Source of the DNA: Gemmatimonadota bacterium
GTDB taxonomy: Bacteria; Gemmatimonadota; Gemmatimonadetes; Palauibacterales; Palauibacteraceae
DNA length: 64,000 bases
Direction: 5' to 3'
NCBI GenBank assembly: GCA_963666735.1
Contig: OY762926.1
Location: 128,001 to 192,000 of the forward strand
Part shown: one piece after another, positions 21,042-30,505 of the stretch
Numbering within the stretch: the first letter of the stretch is position 1
Layout of the letters: every line of letters starts with the position of its first letter
Position numbers and translations under genes: made by a program
Notes under the pieces: model-generated
Databases searched by the model: none
Seen by the model: only the letters and a program-made list of their open reading frames with translations
What the model was told of the DNA's origin: nothing

Positions 21042-21761
21042 GCCTGGACTCCCCGCCCATCGCCAAGCGGGTCGTTTGGAACGGTCGATCCGAAGCGATC
21101 TCGGAAAAACGTGCCGGACTCCAGAATTGCCAGGGAACCGAACGGCTGATTCTAAGGAACGGTCAACATGCTGAGCCATGTGACCAGAGGCATACCCGGG
21201 GCCGCACGGCGGCACTCGGTTGGTACGTCAACGGGGGATCCATGAAGGGCGAACCCGACCCCGTCCAGCAGACGGGTGTGGCCGAGGCCGACTGGCGTGA
21301 CTCCACGATGCTTTGCGGGCTTATGAGGATAAGTGCCGGAGTCTTGATCGATTACGGCGGCATGGGCAGCGCGCCGCGTGGATTCCTACTGGTTCCGGGC
21401 CCGCGCCCCGAGGCGGAGACGGATCGGGTGCCGATGGGCGGGTAGCATCGGGTGGCATTCGACGCTGCCCTGCGGACGCGCCCGCAAACGCGTGATCCCG
21501 CCCACGGCTTCCCGCCACTGGATCGATGCGATCCGGTCGGCGATCAAAGCCGCTGACGCGGGCCGCGGACACCCCCGAAGCCGGCTTGAGGAGCACCCGC
21601 GCGTGGGACCTGCCCGGCAAATGGCCTGCCGAGAAGTTTCACGCACCACGCTTCGTCGCGTTGCCGGCACTCTCGCCAGCGGCGATCTTCCTCGCCATCG
21701 GCTACGAAACCGGCGAATAGCTCGGTTCGTAGCAACCACGCACCGCCGCCGGCTTGCCACG

Positions 21762-21875
21762 CCGTCGCCGGGGCCGACGCCCGGGCCTTCGTTGAGCGAG
21801 TGTGGAGCCCCCCGGAGCAACGGGTAAGGGTTCTGTGCGTCGCCGGGGCTTCAATGCCCCGGCCTTCGTTTGTGG
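21762..21875 (+). CRISPR. Degenerate repeat-spacer-repeat mini-array (crRNA-like) upstream of the cas operon
   Basis: 21762-21798 matches the array repeat at 32/37 with intact GTTGAGCG end; 38-nt spacer; second repeat from 21837 with perfect stem GCCGGGGC-TTCAAT-GCCCCGGC then CTTCGTT. Confidence 0.85.
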
Positions 21876-21995
21876 CGTCCTGTCCGGACGTTGGTCGGCC
21901 AAGAATCCGAGGCGCATTTCGTGCTGAGACCCCCTTGTGCACGGGAATCCACGTTAACTCAGCTCAGTTCGCAGGCAATCGGAGACGGGATTTTG

Positions 21996-22024
21996 TTGCG
22001 CCTAGCGGCGCTACTCTGTACTCT
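21996..22024 (+). promoter_or_regulatory. Putative sigma70 promoter of the cas operon
   Basis: TTGCGC-17 nt-TACTCT, 45 nt upstream of the csb1 ATG. Confidence 0.4.
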
Positions 22025-22069
22025 CAATACTGTTCGCAACGGACCTGATATTCGACCCAGGAGTTCCTG

Positions 22070-23275
22070 ATGCCCCAGTTGATCGATCTCGAAGCCCTTC
22101 TCGCCGCTTGCTCGGACGACTCGTTCGAAGACGGCATCCGTATCGATACGGATCTCGAAGCCCTATCTGGTGCGGGGGGACCGGTGAAACCCGCCGTGTA
22201 CGACGGCGGCAAGTATCAGGAGGATCGTCGCTGGGCTGGGCCCGGCGATGAGAAGCCTACGCCCATAATCGTCATCGACAACGTTCCCTCCCAGGCGAAC
22301 CGCCTGGAAGAGGCGGTTCGGCGCAATCGCGCTTCCGCGCCCGTCCCCGAATTCGTGCTCGACCTGTCCGACATGACCAGCCTCCCCGCCCACCTGCCCC
22401 GGCGGATTTCGAGCCTGCAGTTTCCGCATCGCAACGCCGACGCTTACCTCCGCGACGCGCAGCTCGATGGCGTGGACTTCGCCAAGACGGAGCTTGGTAT
22501 GAACATCCTCGGGGCCACTCCAGAGGCATGTGGCCCTCTAATGGCCTGGTTTCCGCAGGCCCTGCTGTATGGGTTCTGGCAATCGCACCTCGGCAAGAAG
22601 CGGCACAATACCAAGCATGCGCGGGCTTGGGTGTCGGAAATCATCGGCTGGCGACCCGCCTCCAACGAGACGAGAGTCTTCGGGTTGAAGGGCGATCCCC
22701 TGAACCTCAACACCGACGAGGCCCTGACCTCGAATCCCGACGACCGCCTCAAGTGGGAGATCGGTACAGCCAAGACAGCCAGCGTTGAGGGGGGGAAGAA
22801 GGACAAGCTCTCGGAGATCGGGCACGGCCAGGTCCCGTTCATGGGAGACGAGGCCACGGCTGCTGCGGTATCGTTCGCGCGGGTCACTCAGCGAGCGACG
22901 GTGTCTTTCGCACAACTCAGGCGAATCGGCCTTGGGCCGGATCATTCGAGCGAGGCCGACACGGCGGCCCGCGCCCTACTGGTTGCCCTCGGACTGCACG
23001 GCCATGTACTCGCTTTCGGTCGAGGCTTCGCTCTGCGATCGGGCGCCGAGCTGCGGCCGACGAAGACTGTGACCACATGGCTCGGAGCAGGTGGTGACGC
23101 CGAACGCGGCCTGGGTGGCGCGACCGATACGGAAACCCTGCTGCGGGCCGCCATGAACCGGGCAAGATCGGCGGGTGTGCCTCTCGACGGCTGGGACAGC
23201 CCGGCCCGGCGACTCACGCCTCGCGAGAACCTCCGCAAGGCGATCCTTGCGACATGGCCGGAGCTCGACGGCTGA
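22070..23275 (+). CDS. csb1: Type I-G Cas7 (Csb1)
   Basis: VKPAVY, IDNVPSQANRLE, PHRNADAYLR, LLYGFW, SEIGHGQVP. Confidence 0.9.
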   Translation: MPQLIDLEALLAACSDDSFEDGIRIDTDLEALSGAGGPVKPAVYDGGKYQEDRRWAGPGDEKPTPIIVIDNVPSQANRLEEAVRRNRASAPVPEFVLDLSDMTSLPAHLPRRISSLQFPHRNADAYLRDAQLDGVDFAKTELGMNILGATPEACGPLMAWFPQALLYGFWQSHLGKKRHNTKHARAWVSEIIGWRPASNETRVFGLKGDPLNLNTDEALTSNPDDRLKWEIGTAKTASVEGGKKDKLSEIGHGQVPFMGDEATAAAVSFARVTQRATVSFAQLRRIGLGPDHSSEADTAARALLVALGLHGHVLAFGRGFALRSGAELRPTKTVTTWLGAGGDAERGLGGATDTETLLRAAMNRARSAGVPLDGWDSPARRLTPRENLRKAILATWPELDG

Positions 23276-24693
23276 TGCTGGCGATATCGGTCGAACTCTT
23301 GCACGGCACCTTCAGGGCAGATCCCGATGGCACCGCGAACACCGGCGCCCTGACCAGAGGCGAATGGCCTCCCGCTCCCTCACGGTTGCTTGCCGCGATG
23401 ATCGCCGCCGATGGTACGCGAGACAAATGCCGGGTGACCGACGGGTCCGAACTCGAATGGTTCGAGCAGCTTCCACCGCCGGTCATCCATGCGCACTCAA
23501 GGCCGTTGCACCAGGCCCTTCACCCACGCTACGTCGTTCTGCAGACGGCGAGCGCCGCCAAGTCCGCGCACTTGGAGTACATCGGACGCAAGGGGATCAA
23601 GATCCGCCCCGGCGTCCGCATCACGCCGCGTCATCCCCACATCGTCTACTCGTGGGACATCGACGCGCCGACTGCCCGGGTCGAGGCCCTCCGTCGGCGG
23701 GCCGCTCGCATCGGATATCTGGGAGCTGCGGATTCTCCTGTTCGCGTCCGAGTGAGCAACCAACTACCTGAGTCGACCGCATCCGAGGATGCCTACGTGC
23801 CGGACCCGGGTGGAGCAGTGAACATCCGCGTTCCCCAACGAGGCGACGTCCGCCTCTTTGATCGGATGTACGATGCCTGGGTCCAGCACGGAGCCGCTGT
23901 CGCCCGAGCGCAGTTCCCGGCCCTCAACCATGAGACCACGTATCGCTCGCCGGAAGCCACTCCCCGCGTCGACCGCGGCGCCGTTGTGGCGTGGCTCCGC
24001 CTGGAGACGGCCGTGTCCGGACGTCGCGTTTCAACGGTCACGGATCTCTTTAAGCAGGCGGTTCTTCGGAAACACCAAGAGATTCATGGCGAACCTCCGC
24101 CGGTTCTTCACGGGCACGGGTTCACCGGCAGGGGCTACGACCTGGCTCGCTTCCTCGCTTTGCCTGATGCGGGGCACCCGCGATCGCGAGGACGGATTCA
24201 TGGCCTCGCGCTCTGGCTGCCTCCGGGGTGCACTCCCGTATTGCAGGCGCGCGCTCGCGACGCCGCGCTCGAAGTGCGACGCCTCTTCGGCGGCGGCCTG
24301 GACATGGGGGTGGCCCCCCATGACGGGGAGCCAAGGCCGCTTGCGGCCACCCCACAGCGATGGGAGCGCGAGTCGCGTCATTGGGTGACTGTCTTTCCAG
24401 CGGTGCACGAGCGCCGCGGTCCGGTCGCCCTCGAGGAGGTGGCTCGATGGTGCGCGCACGCCGGACTTCCGTCCCCGGTAGCGTTTCGTTCGGCGCGCTC
24501 TCCCTTGGTCCCGGGCGGGGTCGATCTTTCTCCCGCCGAGTTGAACCGCCCGGGGAGACCAAGACTACCCTACTCGCATGTTGAACTGTGGTTCGAGGAG
24601 CCCGTCATCGGCCCCGTGGTAATCGGCGCCGCGCGCCAGCGCGGGCTGGGGCTCTGCGTCGAGGCCCGGCAGATAGGGGGGGCGAATGGATGA
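23275..24693 (+). CDS. csb2: Type I-G Cas5/Cas6 fusion (Csb2)
   Basis: EWPPAPSRLLAAM, YLGAADS, C-terminal G-loop GPVVIGAARQRGLGLC. Confidence 0.9.
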   Translation: MLAISVELLHGTFRADPDGTANTGALTRGEWPPAPSRLLAAMIAADGTRDKCRVTDGSELEWFEQLPPPVIHAHSRPLHQALHPRYVVLQTASAAKSAHLEYIGRKGIKIRPGVRITPRHPHIVYSWDIDAPTARVEALRRRAARIGYLGAADSPVRVRVSNQLPESTASEDAYVPDPGGAVNIRVPQRGDVRLFDRMYDAWVQHGAAVARAQFPALNHETTYRSPEATPRVDRGAVVAWLRLETAVSGRRVSTVTDLFKQAVLRKHQEIHGEPPPVLHGHGFTGRGYDLARFLALPDAGHPRSRGRIHGLALWLPPGCTPVLQARARDAALEVRRLFGGGLDMGVAPHDGEPRPLAATPQRWERESRHWVTVFPAVHERRGPVALEEVARWCAHAGLPSPVAFRSARSPLVPGGVDLSPAELNRPGRPRLPYSHVELWFEEPVIGPVVIGAARQRGLGLCVEARQIGGANG

Positions 24694-27496
24694 ACTTTCG
24701 TCCTTCGAGAAAATGCCGAAGTTCGACGCCTTCTATTCCGCGATCAACCGAAGATCTCCGTTCCCCTGGCAGTCGCGGCTCGCGGCGCAGGTAGCCAAGA
24801 AGGAAGCCTGGCCCCGCGAGGTTGGTGTGCCCACCGGCCTCGGAAAGACCGCCTGTCTCGAAATTGCGATCTGGTGGCTCGCCTCGCAGGCTGATCGCGC
24901 CGGCACCAAACGGACGGCTCCGACTCGGATTTGGTGGCTCGTCAACCGGCGCTTGCTAGTCGACTCGACCTACGATCACGCTAGGAAGATCAGGCGTGCG
25001 CTCCGCAATCCAGGAGAGGACGACATCACCGGCCAATCCGCAGCTGTCCTGCGTACCGTGGCCGAGCGGCTGCGCTCGCTGGCCTCGAGCCCAGAGGCCG
25101 AACCTCTCGAGGTCATCCGGCTCCGGGGGGGCGTTGCCTCGCATCGTCCCGGCGACCCGTCGCGGCCGACCGTGCTACTCTCCACCCTTCCGATGTATGG
25201 ATCCCGTCTGCTCTTTCGCGGCTACGGATCGAGCCGGTCCATGCGTCCGGTCGACGCGGCTCTGGCCGGAACCGACAGCCTCGTCCTCGTAGACGAAGCC
25301 CACTTGGCCCGCCACCTGACGAGGTTGCTGCCTACGCTCACAGAGTGTACGGCGGAGGCGCAACAGATTCTCGGAGGGCTCCGCTCGCGGCCGCAGATCG
25401 TGGCGCTAACCGCCACCGGTGATGCCTCCGCAGAGGATCGGTTCGACCTCGACAAAGAAGATGAAGCGAACTCGATCGTGCGTACGCGGCTCGAAGCCGA
25501 CAAGCTGCTTGAACTCTGGACGGAGTCAGGCGATGCCGGGCTGCGGCTCGCGGAGGCGGCGCGGCATCTACTGAGGCCTCCGACCAAGCCGGCGGCGTGC
25601 CTGGTGTTCGCCAACACACCCGCAACGGCCAGATCCGTTTTTTGGCATCTTCAGACAATGTTTCCGAGGCGGGAGGCCACGCTCCTTCTGCTAACCGGTC
25701 GCACACGCGAACGCGAGGCAGAGCGCACAAGGGAACGGATACTGGACCCCGTCGAGGGCATGCCGGCGACGCCCGATCACAGGGTCGACCGGAAGCAGCA
25801 CCTGATCGTAGTCGCCACGCAGACGCTGGAGGTTGGGGCTGACATCGATGCGGAGTACCTCGTCACCGAGACCTGCGGCGTCCGCGCCCTGACCCAGCGG
25901 CTGGGCCGCTTGAACCGGCTTGGACATTTCCCGAATGCTCGCGCTGTGTACGTGCATCTGCCAGCACCGCGGAGGAAAGGTCAGAAGGCTGGCGATCCCG
26001 ACCAGTGGCCTGTCTACGGCCACGAGCCGGCCACGGTGCTCCGTAGACTGCAGGCTGAGCTTGATCAAACGGCGGCGACGGTCTCACTCTCTCCCCGCCA
26101 TATCTCAGGGATCCTCGGAGAGCCTGGAGACCATCCCGGACGGGCGCCGGAGCTCATGCCTGGCCTGCTGTGGGAATGGGTGAAGACGACGACCCCGCCT
26201 GAAGACGAAGCGCCTGTGGAGCCCTATTTTTCCGGCATTTCCGATGGAAGTAGCTATGCGGTGTCGCTGATGTGGCGCGCGCACGTTCCCGAGGAGGGAG
26301 AGCGCCTCTGGCCGCGCGCCACCGACATCGAGGCGGTCGATGTTCCGATCGCGGACTTCCGGCGGGCGCTGGACGAAGACGAAGAGATTCGAAGAATCGG
26401 GCCGGACGGCGTCACCATCGAACCGATCTCCGGAGAGGAGCTGCGTCCAGGTGACACCGTCGTGCTGCCGTCCGACCGCGGCCTTCTGGACGCGTTCGGA
26501 TGGAACCCCGACTCCGTCCTTCCGGTGTTCGACGTCTCGGTCGCAACCCGTGGCCTGCCCTTGAATCCCGACGCGATCAAGCGGCTTTGCGGTGTCGCCG
26601 CAGGTGAACTGATCAACAAGGCGCTGGGCAAACGCCACGACCATGAAGATTCTGACGAGGCCGAGCAGGCAGAGGCGATCGCGGAACTCCTTGAGAGACT
26701 CCGTGGGGCCACTCCCAACGGCTGGAACAAGTCCGAATGGGACGCCATGGTGTCCGACCTGAAGCCGGAGGTCGTCAGCGCGAAGAGCGAAGTCTCGCGG
26801 CTGCCCCTCAATTGGCCCATTCTGGAAGAGCCGCGCATCGATGAGCTGGACGAGACATCCCTGTCCCTGGCTGACACCGCGCGGGATCTGGACCTTCACG
26901 GGAGGGCCGTCGGAGCGAGGTCCCGCACCATCGCGGAGCGCATGGGGATCCGCTCCGACTTGATCGACATGGTGGAGCGGGCCGGTCGGCTGCACGACGT
27001 CGGGAAGGCGGACAGGCGCTTTCAGCGCTGGCTCAATCCGACCGGCGACGGCAGTACCACGCCAGTTGCCAAGTCCGATATGCCCAGGAGTCGGTGGAGC
27101 ACCGCGCGAATCGCAGCGGGATGGCCCCGGGGCGGCCGGCACGAAGACCTATCTGCGCGCCTCGTGCGCCACTGGATGGTGACCGGTCGGGACCACCTGG
27201 ACCCCTCCCATGCCGACCTCCTCATCCACCTTATCATCAGCCACCACGGCAGCGGCCGACCGATCGTGCCGCCGGCCATCGACGAGAGTACCGCGACCGT
27301 GTCTTCGAGCATCGAGGGTTTTCCCGCGGAAGCCTCTGCCGACCTTTCGATCGTCGATTGGAACCAGCCGAGCCGGTTTCGGCGACTCAACGACAGGTTT
27401 GGACCGTGGGGGCTGGCACTCCTGGAAACCATCGTTCGGCAGGCGGACCACTCGGTCTCGGCGGGTGCGCGCATACACGAACTGGAGGATCTCTAA
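24686..27496 (+). CDS. cas3: Type I-G Cas3 helicase with C-terminal HD nuclease
   Basis: PFPWQ, PTGLGKT, VNRR, DEAH, ATQTLEVGADID, QRLGRLNR, then LHDVGKAD...RHE...SHHG...RQADH. Confidence 0.93.
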   Translation: MDELSSFEKMPKFDAFYSAINRRSPFPWQSRLAAQVAKKEAWPREVGVPTGLGKTACLEIAIWWLASQADRAGTKRTAPTRIWWLVNRRLLVDSTYDHARKIRRALRNPGEDDITGQSAAVLRTVAERLRSLASSPEAEPLEVIRLRGGVASHRPGDPSRPTVLLSTLPMYGSRLLFRGYGSSRSMRPVDAALAGTDSLVLVDEAHLARHLTRLLPTLTECTAEAQQILGGLRSRPQIVALTATGDASAEDRFDLDKEDEANSIVRTRLEADKLLELWTESGDAGLRLAEAARHLLRPPTKPAACLVFANTPATARSVFWHLQTMFPRREATLLLLTGRTREREAERTRERILDPVEGMPATPDHRVDRKQHLIVVATQTLEVGADIDAEYLVTETCGVRALTQRLGRLNRLGHFPNARAVYVHLPAPRRKGQKAGDPDQWPVYGHEPATVLRRLQAELDQTAATVSLSPRHISGILGEPGDHPGRAPELMPGLLWEWVKTTTPPEDEAPVEPYFSGISDGSSYAVSLMWRAHVPEEGERLWPRATDIEAVDVPIADFRRALDEDEEIRRIGPDGVTIEPISGEELRPGDTVVLPSDRGLLDAFGWNPDSVLPVFDVSVATRGLPLNPDAIKRLCGVAAGELINKALGKRHDHEDSDEAEQAEAIAELLERLRGATPNGWNKSEWDAMVSDLKPEVVSAKSEVSRLPLNWPILEEPRIDELDETSLSLADTARDLDLHGRAVGARSRTIAERMGIRSDLIDMVERAGRLHDVGKADRRFQRWLNPTGDGSTTPVAKSDMPRSRWSTARIAAGWPRGGRHEDLSARLVRHWMVTGRDHLDPSHADLLIHLIISHHGSGRPIVPPAIDESTATVSSSIEGFPAEASADLSIVDWNQPSRFRRLNDRFGPWGLALLETIVRQADHSVSAGARIHELEDL

Positions 27497-28401
27497 TGGC
27501 GGAAGTCGTTTGCCCGGGGCTGCCCGCGTCGTGGATAAACGCCTGGCTGGCGGCCATCGGTGCCACGGTGCTCGATCCCAGGCTCCGGCTCCACTGGACG
27601 CAGGGCGGTACCCGGCGGGCCGTTCTCTCCGCCCGGGAAGGCGACCCGGTAGCCCTACTGACCGAATCCTGGCCAACCCGCCAACTGCTGGAAGACATGC
27701 CGGTCTCGGTGGCCTGGGGTGAAACGCCGGCAGTGCAGCGGAGAGTGTCCGCCGCCGCTTTCGCTGCGCGGGTTCGGGCTGCGCGCGGGCACCGGCACGC
27801 ATGGACCCTATCCTCCACGATGACGGATCTTCACGTAGACTCGAACGGGGAGGTGGCGCATGCACCGTTCGATCCCGCAGGCCCCGGAACCATCAAGTGG
27901 CTGCACCACCGACTGATGAAGGTCCATCGTGAAGTCGAACCGACCGAGGAACGCCTGTTGGAGTCACTCAATGGCACCGCGGCCAGGATCAAGGACAACG
28001 GTTTGGGTTTCGACCTCACCCGGATGGGCTCGCAGTCGGATGATTCCGGGAAATTCGGGAAGTGGGTCGATCCGGTGGTCGAAGTGCTTGCATTCTTCGG
28101 CCTCGCTCTACTTCCGGTACGCGGCAGCGGCACGGATGCAAGCCTGTCGAAGGCCTCTCGGCCATCCGCCATTCAGCGAGGGTGGAACCGGCCGCGGAAC
28201 CGCCGAAGAGAGCTATGGTTCATCTGGCCGGCGTGGACTCCCCCCCTTGATCATGCCGGCATCGACGCGCTCCTCGACATCTGGAATACAGGCAGGAAGA
28301 ACTGGCCGAGAGTCGGTGTGCATGCCGCGTGGCGAAGTGTGAGGTACGCACCCAAGGCCTCCGCGGACACCACGAGGGGGTTCGGAGCGGAACCACTTTG
28401 A
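27496..28401 (+). CDS. csb3: Compact Cas8g (Csb3-like) large subunit
   Basis: Between cas3 and cas4 with overlapping stop/start; WLAAIG, VEVLAFFGLALLPV, FIWPAWTPPL motifs. Confidence 0.7.
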   Translation: MAEVVCPGLPASWINAWLAAIGATVLDPRLRLHWTQGGTRRAVLSAREGDPVALLTESWPTRQLLEDMPVSVAWGETPAVQRRVSAAAFAARVRAARGHRHAWTLSSTMTDLHVDSNGEVAHAPFDPAGPGTIKWLHHRLMKVHREVEPTEERLLESLNGTAARIKDNGLGFDLTRMGSQSDDSGKFGKWVDPVVEVLAFFGLALLPVRGSGTDASLSKASRPSAIQRGWNRPRNRRRELWFIWPAWTPPLDHAGIDALLDIWNTGRKNWPRVGVHAAWRSVRYAPKASADTTRGFGAEPL

Positions 28402-29015
28402 CGGCAGGTCCCGTAGTCTCCATCTCGGCGATCGAGCACTACGGATATTGTCCAAGACAGTGCGCTCTCATCCACGGCGACGGCGTGTGGACCGACAACG
28501 CCCACACCGTGCGGGGCTCCCGGGCGCATCGTCGGGTAGATGCCGGGCAGCATCGCACGGAACGAGGAAAGTACGTGCTACGCGCGATTCCTTTGTGGTC
28601 GGAAGCGCTGGGCCTGTCGGGGCGGGCCGACGCGGTCGAGATCGAGGGTGACTCGGTCCGTCCCGTCGAGTACAAGTCGGGCGTGCCACACGGTTCGGCT
28701 GCCAACCTGCAGCTCTGTGCACAGGCGTTGTGCCTCGAAGAGATGCTCGGCGTCGAGATACCGGAAGGGTATGTCTGGTATGGTGGGCCGAGGCGGCGGG
28801 TCCACGTCGCCCTCACGCCCATATTGCGGAACGAGGTTCGAACTGTCATCCGGAAAATACGTGCTCAGTTGGTAGCCGGCCGGCTTCCAAAGGCTCCGAA
28901 CGATGACCGCTGCGGTGAGTGCCAGCTCGCACCGCACTGCCTCCCCGAACTGACGAGTGCTCCGCGAAGGGTAGGTCGATACCTGGCCGAAACGGTATTC
29001 AAATGCGATACCTGA
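28398..29015 (+). CDS. cas4: CRISPR-associated Cas4
   Basis: YCPRQ, GRADAVE, PVEYKSG, QLCAQALCLEEM, CGECQLAPHC. Confidence 0.93.
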   Translation: MTAGPVVSISAIEHYGYCPRQCALIHGDGVWTDNAHTVRGSRAHRRVDAGQHRTERGKYVLRAIPLWSEALGLSGRADAVEIEGDSVRPVEYKSGVPHGSAANLQLCAQALCLEEMLGVEIPEGYVWYGGPRRRVHVALTPILRNEVRTVIRKIRAQLVAGRLPKAPNDDRCGECQLAPHCLPELTSAPRRVGRYLAETVFKCDT

Positions 29016-30019
29016 ACACTGTTTACGTTCGTAACCATCGCGCGCGGGTCCGGCACCGCCGCGGCTCGTTGCTGGTGACGTCCCCGGACGGCAGCCAGCG
29101 CGTGCCGCTCGAAGCTGTTGACGCACTCGTGATGCTCGGCGGCGGACAGATCACGACCCAGGCGATCGAGGCGTGCGTTCGGCGAGGTGTGCGCGTCTCA
29201 GCGCTGCGGAGTAACGGTGCGGTCCGCTTCGTCGTTGGCCACGCCACAGGAGGTAACGTCCACCTGCGGACCGCTCTGTATGGCGCGGTGACGGATCACC
29301 ACCATTCTCTGGCGTTGTCGAAGGCGATCGTGGCCGCCAAACTCCAGAACAGCCGGAAGGTGGTCGGACGCTGGGCCCGGGACGAGAAGGATACCTCTGT
29401 CGCAGAAGGCCTCGCGTCTCGCTCCACCCAGATCCGGGCGCGGGTGCCCCGACTCGTTGACGCCAATAGCGGGAACCGTATTCGAGGCATCGAGGGGGAT
29501 GCCGCGAGAATCTACTTTGGCGGTGTACGGCAGGTTGTCTCGAAGTGCGGATTCCAGTTCTCGGCGAGGACTCGGCGTCCGCCCCGCGATCCAGTCAACG
29601 CCATGCTCGGCTTCTGTTACGGCTTACTAGTTACGGAGCTGATCGGAGCCATCGAGAGCGTCGGACTGGACTATCAGATGGGCTTCTTCCACCGGCCACG
29701 TTCCGGGAGACCGTCGCTCGCTCTTGACCTTGCCGAGGAGCTTCGGCCACTTACGGATCGTTTCGTTGTATCGCTGCTCCGGCGTCGCCAGATTGAGGCG
29801 GACGGCTTCGTGGAGACGCCCGGGGGTGGCGTCTATCTCAGCGACGATGGGAGGATACGCCTCCTCAAGGCTTGGGAGCGCCATAAGGAAGCCGAGATGC
29901 CCCATGCCATCCTCGACCGAAACATCGGACGCTGGGCGCTTCCATCGGTTCAAGCCACGCTCCTGGCGCGCCATCTGCGGGGCGATCTGCCGGCATACCC
30001 GCCGTTTGTCATGTCTTGA
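29003..30019 (+). CDS. cas1: CRISPR-associated Cas1
   Basis: LNTVYV, RGIEGDAARIYF, RRPPRDPVNAML, GFFH, LALDLAEELRP. Confidence 0.95.
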   Translation: MRYLNTVYVRNHRARVRHRRGSLLVTSPDGSQRVPLEAVDALVMLGGGQITTQAIEACVRRGVRVSALRSNGAVRFVVGHATGGNVHLRTALYGAVTDHHHSLALSKAIVAAKLQNSRKVVGRWARDEKDTSVAEGLASRSTQIRARVPRLVDANSGNRIRGIEGDAARIYFGGVRQVVSKCGFQFSARTRRPPRDPVNAMLGFCYGLLVTELIGAIESVGLDYQMGFFHRPRSGRPSLALDLAEELRPLTDRFVVSLLRRRQIEADGFVETPGGGVYLSDDGRIRLLKAWERHKEAEMPHAILDRNIGRWALPSVQATLLARHLRGDLPAYPPFVMS

Positions 30020-30022
30020 TGC

Positions 30023-30313
30023 ATGGATGTCCTGATCACGTACGACATCGCCGATACTCAAGGCGAGGGAGCGAACCGACTCAGGCGAATCGCTCAGGTC
30101 TGCGAGAAGTATGGAAGCCGAGTGCAGTTCTCGGTCTTCGAGTGTCGGCTTTCTCCTCCTCGGCTGGCTCGCTTGATCGGCGAAGTCGAGGACGTCATCG
30201 ATCACGACATCGATTCCGTGATCGTGTATCGCTTCTCGGGAGGGATCGAAGACGCCCGTCGTCGGTTCGGACGCTCAGGGGCCCATGAACTGGGGCAGCC
30301 TTGGGTGCTCTGA
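30023..30313 (+). CDS. cas2: CRISPR-associated Cas2
   Basis: LITYDI, RLRRIAQVCEKYGSRVQFSVFEC. Confidence 0.95.
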   Translation: MDVLITYDIADTQGEGANRLRRIAQVCEKYGSRVQFSVFECRLSPPRLARLIGEVEDVIDHDIDSVIVYRFSGGIEDARRRFGRSGAHELGQPWVL

Positions 30314-30505
30314 TCGATCTGCGAACCTCCGGTGATTCGCCCGAACTTGTCGGGGTGCACCTTCATCGCGCACGATTCCCAACACTTAGGGTGAAATCAC
30401 CCCGATGAAACGGCCATATGCCACCCACAGCCCGGTTTCTCAGCCTCCCAGACCTCGAGAAGCGCGACATCTTCCGCAGTTTCAGTCCTTCTGCAACATT
30501 TAGCA
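30314..30505 (+). promoter_or_regulatory. CRISPR leader
   Basis: Lower-GC non-coding stretch between cas2 and the first repeat; variant repeats cluster at the far end of the array. Confidence 0.75.

Noticed and set aside
21323..21334. ATG-AGG-ATA rare-codon start as a CreT-like toxin
   Set aside because: No strong Shine-Dalgarno sequence, early stop or clear hairpin
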